Assembly: GCA_002633005.1 (NCBI GenBank)
Contig: NMRA01000011.1
Span: 1,128,429-1,192,428, forward strand
DNA from: Phoronis australis
Lineage: Eukaryota > Animalia > Phoronida
Length of the DNA stretch: 64,000 nucleotides
Reading direction: 5' to 3'
Part shown: piece after piece, positions 13,601 to 24,816 of the stretch
How positions within the stretch are numbered: the first letter of the stretch is position 1
Layout: the number at the start of each line of letters is the position of its first letter
Made by a program: the position numbers and the translations under genes
Notes under the pieces: generated by a model
What the model was told of the DNA's origin: nothing
Seen by the model: only the letters and a program-made list of their open reading frames with translations
Database searches by the model: none

Positions 13601-16160
13601 ACCAGTAAAACGTTCAATTTCAGAAACGTACTATTTTCTCATGTGATGTCCAGGTAACAAATTCAACTGTCGACCATGAAACACTAATGTGACGTTTCGA
13701 GAGTTTTACTTACGTCTGCAGATTAAAATAAGCGATTAAAGCAAAATAAGACGCGTTTACTCCTCAGCCGATACATTAGAAACAATAAACTGAAATTCGT
13801 AAAAAAACAACTTCAGATTTTTCATGTCGCGACTCGTAAAACATTTGCATTAGCTATTACCACGTAAGCAGACTTCGAGAAATAAGTAAGCCTTAGGATA
13901 TGACGATCAAGCTGTTATTGGCAGATAGCTGTGACCGGGTTACCAGCTCATACCGTAACCTGGATACTATGCCAGTGCGTGATGGGAATCAGACCCTGTA
14001 ATGACGCTTGTTTCGATCAATCAACGCTGTGATTTAATCTGAAACTTGAAATAAGAAATCGTCTGGCACCACCCGAACTGCTTCTCAGACTCGACCATGG
14101 ATGGATTGCGTCTGACCACAAATGTACGCGAAACGGTTAAACGAAGGTCACCTACACCAATACAAGAGACTTACTTCTAGAGACTGTCACGACGAGTTTT
14201 GGCACTTCAATTTTCGAGACGGAACCATTACGACGGCACTCACTGCACGCTGCTGAACATGATTGAAGAGACGTCAGGTTTACTAGGTGCGGTTCGACTT
14301 TGAATAGAACCGAAACAATAATAACAGCGTCGCTCCATGTAACCACGATGTCACGACAAACGTGATGACTCACCGCCACAATATGAAAACGTCACAATCG
14401 CAATGACGACGCAGTAAAGATAGCATTTCTATACTTACTTCAATCCGCGCTAACAACTTGAGGCCATAGAAAGGTCGCGGTGTATGATGGCAGTGGTACA
14501 CTGACACTGTGTGCCCCAACAGACTGGTCATGAACGACATTTGGCATATGTAATTCTAGCACGCGCCGGTGCAATCAGTATTAAGTTACATACTCATGAT
14601 GACATGAAGAGTTTATCTGTCATCCTGGAGGGGTGTTGGGTAGCCAGTGGTGATGGACGAGTTCATTTCTCAAAAATTCTCATCACACGACTAGTTCAAA
14701 AAGTGACAAAAGAAATGCTTTTGTTACATACGACTGTTGTCTGTTGAATGCGTAACGATATATTTTTTATTCTTGCAATTCTATATGCTGAGACAAATGA
14801 CCAATTAACAAGATTTTTGACCACATTCTTAGAACATTGACGGAAAATTGAAGTATTTGCACTCATAATCAAAAACAGGAGTGCTGGATTGAACAAGTCT
14901 CGAGAACATGTGGCCGTCTTACCCTGGAAACACCTGCCCACACGTGTAACGAGTGATGCGCTTGAGTAAAAATCGTCTCGTCAACAGAATGTGTCAAACG
15001 CCAGAGCTGACGATCTGTCACAAAACAACAAAGAGCAATTCATTGGTTAAAACGCAAATGAGACATACATCTTGTCAAAGATATTGTCTCGTCTGCTTCT
15101 ACGGCTGCATTTTAGACGCTTACGATACGACAGCCCTCTCTTGCTCAAAATGCAGTCGTAACAGGAACTCTCAACGACGATGGCGGTCGACAAGAACGTG
15201 CCTCGCTATTGTGCATTTACCTGAAAGCAAATATTTCCGGATTTCTCATATCCACATCCCCTACCTTGTTAAAATGTAATACGGTTTTTATATCTGTGAT
15301 AACAATGCTCCCTTCTATAATTTATAAGCCTTGTAGGCGGAACGGACACGATTGTTTGCTAAGGCAGTTTTGACTGTGGCTTGTCAAGAATTGTCTCCAT
15401 GGCGACATGATGACGGAAAGCTTGCTTTATCAATTGTGACGTCGACATGGAGTGTAATGAAATAAGTCCGTTAATTTGTTTTTATCGATAACTGTGTAGA
15501 CCGACTATATGTTACAGCAGACATTTTCATAATCTTTGATGGTGAGTTAAACCGCGGATCACAACCTTATAAAAGGTTATTGCCTCCGTGGTAAGCTCTC
15601 GTCGGAATACAACTACTGTGGTCAGTCGGCTTACGCGTACTATTATTTACTATGAAATTCAAATATTCGATAAATTAAGCTTTTAAAACGTTTTTTTATT
15701 TAAAGGAGTGCAAACTCACCTCCCGTCACAAAATGACATTTGGTTTAGAATTGTTATTCGGAGTGTTATGAAAGTGTTCGCAGTTTATTCCTTAGTCAAA
15801 TTAGAAGCGATTTCTGAACTCGGAAAGAACTAGCAGTTCGTTATTGCTTGAGGCCGCACTACAAAAGACTTGTCACGGCAGGCTATTTCAAACCTCCAGC
15901 TTGGTCTTAAGCAATAGTGGACTGTTCAGGAACCACTTCTAATATGAGTTAAGAACAAGTTGAGATGAGGCCTAAAGCAGAAAGACGACTAAATTATAAG
16001 TCATTTACTTTGACGGCTCGCGGGAATCTAGACGCCATCAGCAAACATTTCATTGTGAAAACTGATGCCTGTATTCGGCTCCCTGAGTCGCCCTGTCTGC
16101 ACACTACGATTTTTCTTGGCGATTCCGTACTGCGACTATCGTATCGGCTTAATTACGACT

Positions 16161-17432
16161 AACAAGAGTGTAGACAGGTGCTTCGATACGACTTTTCTTT
16201 CTAAGCCTACGGGAAGTCGTTTTGAACTTTTTAGCTCGAAAAATCATGTCCGAACTCCTGTCTGCCAATTCCGATTAATATGGTATGCGACGAGTCCGTA
16301 CACGAAAAATTGGAGAGTAATTGACCATATAGTTATGTAACAGTGGAAATCGATTGCAGGCGACACTTCAATGTTCCACCCTGAGCAGAAAAAAGGCGAG
16401 CACTAGTGGCGCCTTCTATTGACAGTAATCACCCCCTCTTGCCGTAACATTATTTCCCAGTGCTACCTGTAACTAATTATTTACAGACAGTGTTAGGGGG
16501 CGCACTACAGTTATTACAGGGTTTTGGCTGCCGACGCACACCGAAGTAGAGATGAGTCCTTTCCTGACGTCCTAATCAAGAGTCTGAAAAAAGCAAAGGG
16601 TTTTGTAGCGTTCCCAACTCACAATCACTACTCATGATAACTGAAATTTAATTACGCTACAGATTTTTAAACGGTTAATTCACATTGGAAAAAAATCCCG
16701 ACACACAAAAATATTACCAAAAACATCAAATTTGACAGTTTTCTCCCAAAAATTACCACTTGCCTGCAAGTGCAAGAAAAATCTGACTACAGATTCAACA
16801 AGAGTGTAGACAGGTGCTTCGATACGACTTTTCTTTCTAAGCCTACGGGAAGTCGTTTTGAACTTTTTAGCTCGAAAAATCATGTCCGAACTCCTGTCTG
16901 CCAATTCCGATTAATATGGTATGCGACGAGTCCGTACACGAAAAATTGGAGAGTAATTGACCATATAGTTATGTAACAGTGGAAATCGATTGCAGGCGAC
17001 ACTTCAATGTTCCACCCTGAGCAGAAAAAAGGCGAGCACTAGTGGCGCCTTCTATTGACAGTAATCACCCCCTCTTGCCGTAACATTATTTCCCAGTGCT
17101 ACCTGTAACTAATTATTTACAGACAGGGTTAGGGGGCGCACTACAGTTATTACAGGGTTTTGGCTGCCGACGCACACCGAAGTAGAGATGAGTCCTTTCC
17201 TGACGTCCTAATCAAGAGTCTGAAAAAAGCAAAGGGTTTTGTAGCGTTCCCAACTCACAATCACTACTCATGATAACTGAAACTTAATTACGCTACAGAT
17301 TTTTAAACGGTTAATTCACATTGGAAAAAAATCCCGACACACAAAAATATTACCAAAAACATCAAATTTGACAGTTTTCTCCCAAAAATTACCACTTGCC
17401 TGCAAGTGCAAGAAAAATCTGACTACAGATTC
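16161..17432 (+). repeat. Near-identical 636-bp direct tandem duplication
   Basis: 16161-16796 repeats at 16797-17432. Only two substitutions were spotted (agacagTgtt/agacagGgtt; ctgaaaTtta/ctgaaaCtta). Duplicated ORF ends 16340 and 16976 differ by 636. Confidence 0.95.
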
Positions 17433-18460
17433 AGAATGCTCGTCCTCTCTAGATTATAAAAATGTGGTCATAGTATGCCTCTTACCAGCTACTTTTTTGG
17501 CAATTTTAATCTGTTTGACAGCCACCTGAAATCGCGCCCGGTTTCTCAGACACGGGTTGAAAGCAAATGGCAGCCACCATTTTGCATCAAAAGTACGTCA
17601 TGGCGTATTTTGTATTGTCGTTTGACTTTCTGACGTGCGCTTAGACTCAGCAATATATTTAGCATCGGATTTAAAAAATAAGTCTTTTTCTGCTTATATC
17701 TCTTTGATTAGTGCGTCACAAATTTGGGAACATCAGCTGAAGTCCAGCTGAAAACCGAAATCTCCTCAAACTGAAATGAATCAAGTCAACCGCGTGACTC
17801 GATCCCTTGAAGTAATTAACTTAAATTCAATCCAATCCGTGATAATTAGGAACGCAAACTGACCGTATTAAAGAAAGAAAAGTCACAAAGGCTCCAGCCC
17901 AAGAGATGAACGAAAAGAAAGATTTTTTAAAGATGGAGCTGCAAGGAGCTTTAGGGGGCTACACCGTGGACGGGGTATGTTTACGAAACGCGAGTGAACG
18001 CCGGGGTCGGACACAGTTTTAAATTATCATTGATTTTTTGTTTAAAATTTTGATATTTTGTATTTTGGTGTTGCGTGGTACAAGTCTGCATAACAAAGTG
18101 AAGGTCTCCGAGTCCGAATTACTTTTTCCGTTGCAGCTGCCTAAACGGTGCTCCAACAAAAAAATGCAAAATTTATGTGGGTTATTGAAAAGCCACCTCT
18201 AATTACATTAATTCGTTCAACATTCTATTCCGACACACGTGGCCGTTTGTTTCATTATATTTTAAAAAAAGCATCAAGTCGACCCATGTACTCTGAGACC
18301 CAGACACGGTATTCCGTGTATTAGGATACCTCCACTGCCAGACATAGTGTAGAATGCCGCGGCAGAGTTGGTTTCCTTACACGCAAAACTCGCGAAAGAA
18401 GCTAGTGTGATCAGAAACTTCGTTCATTATAAATGGGGAAATCTCCCGACGCTTTGCGTG

Positions 18461-18616
18461 CAGGGGCGGATCCAGCATTTTGAGTTAGGGGGCCAGGGCA
18501 GAAAATTAGCCAGGATTTTGACCGTCAGACATTCGCACCCCCATACTGCCAAATGGAATCTGGGAGAATTTTAGGGGGGCCATGGCCCCCTTGGCCCCCC
18601 TCTAAATCCGCCACTG
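18461..18616 (+). mobile_element. 156-bp MITE with 5-bp TSD GCGTG
   Basis: TIRs caggggcggatcc / aaatccgccactg. gcgtg lies at 18456-18460 and 18617-18621. Confidence 0.9.
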
Positions 18617-19163
18617 GCGTGATCTTACGCTCGCGAAATTCTTGCTTTTACAGAACGCATAATTTAATAACAAACAATAGATGGCACTGTTCTATTACAT
18701 GAGAATATCAGAGCTCACCAACACAGTCCGAACTAGGTATTCTGTCTGTGTCAGTACCATTCGTAAACCAAATAGGTAGTTCTGACATGTCATTGAAGCT
18801 ATATTTCCAGCCCAGCAAGAGAAAATGTAAACACTATGATCGCCCTCCACCTTGGTCTACAGACATTCGTTCCTACTGAAATCAGATGCTTTTTGGATGA
18901 GTTTGCGTCATGTACACTTAAGGTGCAAATCAACGATTTACGGAGAACAAACAAGAAAAAATCTTTGGTGCATAAAAGCATGCAGTAGACGTCACGATCA
19001 TCTGAAATTACGTCCGGTAACATAGATCAGAATTGACCAATCTTTCTGAAAGTAAAATTAATTCGCCTTCCTAATGTGACGCAAAATTTAATGTTTTTCT
19101 GTATTACACTATCTGATATGAATTTGTGTATCTTGAACCGGCGTGAAAGTATAAATCGCAAAC

Positions 19164-19321
19164 GTCTGGTTTGCACGCCCCCTGTTGGCCACATCACGTG
19201 ACCTAATGAACATAAGTCTGAAAAGATTTCTGTTCCGGATTCGAGTTCCGGTCGGGGCAGAAATCCTTTCAGACTTCATTAGGTCACGTGATGTGGCCAA
19301 CAGGGGGCGTGCAGACCAGAC
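19164..19321. repeat. 158-bp hairpin (foldback/MITE-like)
   Basis: 47-bp outer arms with one mismatch (gtctggtttgcacgccccctgttggccacatcacgtgacctaatgaa and its revcomp). Inner stem gtctgaaaagatttctg/cagaaatcctttcagac, 5-nt bulge, ~25-nt loop. Confidence 0.92.
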
Positions 19322-19839
19322 CTAAGAAAGTTTGTGACACTATATGTTGAGACTAAAATTTAGCTAACAATAAAAATGTGGAACATTTTTTGGTTAGAAT
19401 GTGACTTTATGAAACCATAGACTGTAGTTCATGGACCGCCAACTCCGTATACTTTCAATGGACGAAATCTGTGCTGTTTCGCACAACGTTACGTCATTAT
19501 TCACTAGCGACACCTGGCCCAATTATCTGGTGTTATTTCCGGCAAGTACGTCGTCTGCTAATTTTGGTCGGCTGTTGTGTGGTCGGGTGGTAGTAGCATT
19601 GCTAAAAGTACTCACGATACCAACATTACTATTTTGAGATTTTGAACGGCGTTTGAATGCCGAAATTATTATTTTGTTTTCATTGTACTCGACAGTAAAA
19701 CATATGCGAGAATTTCCCGTCACAATACACTAACCAGAAAATGAATCAGATAATTTAGGAGAGTGGCGCCGCCTCTAGGATAGTGCGGAAGAAAATGTCT
19801 ATAATCTATGATGAAACGTGACCTCTCCGACAAGACCCC

Positions 19840-19950
19840 TGCATTCTTATTTCCATGGGGCAAACTACAAGTGACCACCAACAAAACTTTGCGCTGTCTA
19901 ATCGTGTCAAGACAGTTCTTCTTCACCAGCCAAGGAATAGCTTAGATAGC
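19840..19950 (+). repeat. Old dispersed repeat with an inverted copy at ~26955-27070
   Basis: tgtctaatcgtgtcaagacagttcttcttc and ccaaggaatagctta match the revcomp of gaagaggaaaactgtcttcacgcgattagaca and taagctattccatgg. Confidence 0.6.
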
Positions 19951-22518
19951 GTGCCCAGTGTCAAGCACGATACTAGCAGTTTCAATCGATCATTCAGCTG
20001 AATGAAACTCTAATGACGTGAATCTGTGAGTATTCGTGGCTCAAAAGGCACGTGAAATCATAGGCGTGTATATCTTCCAACAGGACGCTTTGTGATTGTA
20101 CGGCTCCGCGGCTGTAACACGTATCACTAGAAATCTATCCATGTGCATATTTTCATTATCCACAACCCTCCAAACTGACTTGAAGAATCATTAGGGTGAT
20201 ACCTACTCTCAACTATTCAAAAGGTTCCTTCAGATAGTCGCCCCTGTTATGTGACGAATTTGTTCACTGCAATTTTCTTTGTAAGTCCTTTTGTAACACT
20301 TCCTCATCTCTATAGTTCATCTTTTCTGTCATGTTATGCGACGAATTAGTTACTTGGAAATAGTTGTTTTTCTAATAAAAATGTGGCATTTATGTCGCGA
20401 ATACTTAAAAACCTAAAGGTTAGAAATAGCGGAATCAATAAGTGTTTGCGATTTCTGTATCAGTCATGTCATTATCTGAAATATGATCATAACAGTGAGA
20501 TGTTTTGTTTCTTTCGATTTTGCCGTGAAATTGCTGTCAACGTGACATATAAATCGACCAGCGTTCGCATCATCCAAAGTCCACAAAAATTACACCTTTA
20601 TAGAGATTTACAGATTACTTTAAAAATCAGTGTACGAGATAAGTACTTATCGTTCACCAGCCTCTTTCAAGGAAATCTGTATCCCCGATTTCAATGTGCA
20701 AGCATTTCAACCGGAGTTATGTGCTTTTGCTACAACATTTATGGCGTCATGCTCGAGTTATTGTTGGATTTCAGGTTCGCGACTGAGTGAGCAACTGTTC
20801 GTTTGTGTATGTGTGTGAAACATTTTCTGCTGTAAAGTACGTGATGTAGCAGTATATTTTTATACTTTATTGTTGTTGGAATGACGGTCGTAAGTCTTAC
20901 ACAATGTGTTTTAGAAGCACTAATTTTGGTTTCACATAAAAAATGTTCCATTAAAGCACACAGTTAGCTGCAATTACCGCAAACGATGACATAAAACAGA
21001 TTAGACGTGTATTCGTGGAATCTTAGAATGTCATTTGTGGCAATACGGAGTATTCATCACGATAAATTTTCCGAAATCTAAAACACTTCAGAGACACATA
21101 GCTTGTATAGCAAACTACCACCATTTCTACAATCACAGGACGATGCTAGCTCGCAGCCACTTCATACACTCAAAATGATACAAGAAACTACATGTCCGCT
21201 CAGTTTTGATTCTATGGCATCCAAGATCTGTTTAGATGTTAAGTACCGGTATGTGTCGGAGACGTGTTATAGCTCCGTGCATGGACTGTGCAAGGGTTTC
21301 AGGACTGTTTGAGGTCCGGTTTCATGTATAGAGTCAGTGGACCAACTGAGCTGGGTTTCATGGGTGCTTTTACCTGACAAGTTTGTTTTAATGATTCCTC
21401 CTAATTCATAAGTGAACTTTCCGAATTTAAAAAAAATCCCGGATTAATAGCTGGTAAAAACGATAAATTGTTGAAATTTAGCGTTCTTGTACATTGCATC
21501 AATATTGCTGAAAATTATTGCATCAGGCATGGTAACTGGCACGTTTAAACACTGTTGATAACATTGAATAAAAGAAAGGAACACAAAAACAGAAAAGAAG
21601 CTTTTTGAAGACGCAACACTTCCATCTAATGGTAAAATATAAAACTTCATTTAATTGAAACTTTGGAATTTAAAACACAGGATGAAAAACGTATTTCATT
21701 GGGATTCTTTTCATAAACAGATTTAAGATCTGTAACTTAGGTTTAACCGTTTAAACGCTACTTAAAATTAAGTAGTCTACACATGGGTTTCCGACACTGG
21801 TGCCCACGATATATTCAATCTGCACATAACACGGGTATCAGAAATAAATTTCTCATGGTGTGATTGGCAAGGGCTGTTGTTTACAGCGCCATCTACTGTT
21901 CAACGTATGTGGCAGTTTAATCAATAAAAACTTGTCTCGAGAAACTAGTTACTTATCACGGTTCCTCTAGAAACCGTTAGCTTCAGTAGGGTTTGTCAAT
22001 AGCCTCGTCCTCAAGTCTCAAGATGGCACTGATTGCTTTACCCAACTGAGACTTGATGAGGAAAAATCGCAGGGATATCACGATTGCTGTTAAGTTGTAT
22101 CAACTCTGAGATTTGCTGTATTATAATACAAAAAATCAAAATGAGCGGTATTTATGCAGAAGCTTAGGTTTCAAATTATTTAAAAAATTATGTATTTGAA
22201 TTCAAAAGCAGGATGATTTCTAAGGTAAATTTAAATAAAACAGAATTGACAATAAGTACGATAGCACCTTTATTTCAAACAATAACGAAATAAAGTCAAG
22301 TTAAATCTGCCTTTGGATCTGATTTAGTTTCTGAAAGAAAATACTCAAATTAATCTCATCAAAGAAGTGGGACAAGAACTGGTATTTAAGCACTCAGTGA
22401 TTCAAATGTTTGAAGGTTTCTTGTGTCGCTCTTGTCAGTCGTCTACTGCCAATCAGCGCGCAGAAGGGATACCTCCTCACCAAGCCTCAAATGGCTAAAC
22501 CGATCATCGCTGTTTTAA

Positions 22519-23925
22519 AAGAGGCCTGGACTACATGTTTCAACATTTTAATATGAATTTTGAAAGTATAAAGGTTGGCACAGTATTTTTCTTTTTTACT
22601 TTGAAAAATTTTAAAAACTTATTTGTTCCGTAAAGCCCCACTGCAAGCGCTGTTTTTCGTAACGTCACTGAGGCTGTACAGCACAAAGAGATATAGGTCA
22701 TTAGCCGTGCGAGTATGTAGTCCGTCGACTGGAAAATGTGCTCACAACCTTTTTCGTTTTTCTTTCCTGTGACTTTGATTCATCCCAGGGCCTAGCTAGC
22801 CAGCTAGCTGTATGAACAATATCTTCAAAATACAATTAGGTACCAGTAGCACTGTGTGTTGAGCTCCGTTAGACTCCGAAATTTCACATAGCCCGGGTAG
22901 TTCTGCTCGTCACCTCGTCGCGAAGACTTAAATCAACATGTAGAGCTCCAAACCGGCAGGGGAGCATGCAAATATCTTGGGTGTCAACCGACACTCACCT
23001 TGCCCGCGCTGGAGCCATTTAAGTGAAAAACAATGTAGTAAACGTTATTTTATTTCAAAATTCTTCTGTAACAAAGAAAACAGTACGCTGAACACACACT
23101 ATTTCCTAAAGCTTTGCGACATCTGTCGGGAAATGATGACAGCTTCGCAGGAGCTGAAAATTTTTTTATGAAATTCGGTTACCTGCTACAAAAACACTAA
23201 AAACATGAAAGGAAATGAAATCAGTTCTAGTAATTTGTTGTGACATGTACACAACTTCGCAGAACAGTTCGATCGCTTGGAGAAGACCAACTCGGGGAAA
23301 GAACTGGCCAATAAGGCAACAGGTGACGGCGCCGAAAGCCGACCTTGAGCGCACCCAAATTTCTTAGCAGCAGAGTGAACAGCAGAACGCCAATTTTTTC
23401 AACACCTGTCAATAATTTATAGTTTACTCAAGGAAGAATGCAGATTTTATTTGATCAGTTTTTACCCACGTCGGTGCAACGGCCGTTGTATATTTACTAT
23501 ACAGCTTGCACCAAGGCAAGGCTACGCAGTCGGGGCCGATCCTCGCCTGTGCCGAGAACCATGGGCATCGTTCCACTGACTAATATAGTCAACACGACAC
23601 GGCAGTAACTTGTATTATGAACTTTTGAGAGCCAAGATCGCAGACGAATTATACACTGACATGAAGCACAGTTCTGTAGCCGAGAGGCATCCCGACCCAG
23701 TAAGCTATATAGCCTATTGTATAATAAGCTTGATTTATGTTATTGCCTTCACCCACGGTACAGCCTCAGTGACGCCAGACGCACTTTAGCCAATAGGAAT
23801 TAACCTTGGAAAAACGCTTTTTTACAAAAATATGAAAGAGTAACAAAGTTGTGATTTCTGATATAGACTTTATTCACCAATTAAAATACATTAAATATAC
23901 ATGTTATTAGTACTTCAGGAACCTT
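22519..23925. mobile_element. Kolobok-like non-autonomous element A
   Basis: Flanked by TTAA and TTCA. Degenerate TIRs aagaggcctggactac / gtacttcaggaacctt. Perfect 17-bp subterminal inverted motif cgtcactgaggctgtac (22663-22679) / gtacagcctcagtgacg (23758-23774), ~145-150 bp from each end. Confidence 0.65.
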
Positions 23926-24130
23926 TTCAAAAGTTCCCCCATGAACTGTGTCCCAAAAAGAATTTCACAACACACCTTAAGCGATTTAATACTGAGCTTG
24001 TAGTATACCTATTGCTAAGAAATAAGTCAAAAATTAAAAAAAAATCTGTTATCGGGGTTGTACGTAATTGGAAGAAGGTCCTCTCCGCCGTTGTTGTTTT
24101 TACCAGTGCGATACTGAGGAGTTGTGAGGA

Positions 24131-24420
24131 ATGTCCACGGAGAGCTGCTTTTTCAGGTGCGTTTGTGGAGGCTGTAGTAACAGAAACTTGACTGAGACGT
24201 CTCAGTGCTCAAATTTCCTAAATACGTGAAAGTTACACAGAAATGGCATCCGTTTGTGCAACGCACGAGAGTGTAGAAAGTCAGTGAGGAACGTGCGATT
24301 CTGGCGGAAGCCATAATTTGTTCGGCACATTTCAAGGAATCGCGTTTCGACCAAACACAAAAGCGGCGTTACGATGAAGGATTCGCCACCTTGTATTTGG
24401 GCGAGTGATGCCAGGCCCTC
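24131..24420 (+). pseudogene. THAP zinc-finger (C2CH) domain remnant of a DNA transposase
   Basis: MSTESCFFRCVCGGCSN / frameshift / VSVLKFPKYVKVTQKWHPFVQRTRV*K...IICSAHFKESRF... / frameshift / SDARP. This shows the CxxxxC, FP, W, CxxHF and AVP-like motifs of THAP. Confidence 0.85.
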
Positions 24421-24546
24421 GACCCCCTGCTCAGATTGAGTGCTACGACATGTAGGCTTTTGAATTGTGTTTAAACCGTGCTCATTCCATCATGGCAATA
24501 GTGAATACGAGTCACCCAAGTTTATTGTGGCCTTTGTCAGTGACTA

Positions 24547-24816
24547 TCAAGTGTCTCTTTTGTGAATATTGACCAACCATTGGTTCTGTTCGTTGTGGCT
24601 CACATATGTCTGCAGCAATACTCGTGCAAGTGAGTCGAGTTTATATGGTCTCAAAGCCGGCGAAAAATCGCTAAGTGGGAAATCGAATGCATTGTCTGAT
24701 TCTTCAAGTACTTGAATGTGATACCCGTATCCACCCTCCTTCCTGTCTACATAATAATTGTCCAGTTCCCACTCAAAATCGTCCTCGACTTCTGATCTGC
24801 TGCTGTATTCCGCCAT
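24547..24816 (-). pseudogene. Possible N-terminus of a second, convergent transposon ORF (KolX-like?)
   Basis: ATG-started acidic peptide MAEYSSRSEVEDDFEWE...RPYKLDSLAR inside element B, loosely resembling a PYxFEP motif. No downstream Cys cluster was found. Confidence 0.3.

Noticed and set aside
20383-20790. 135-aa ORF
   Set aside because: Non-ATG start, no recognisable domain, and composition typical of noncoding AT-rich DNA.
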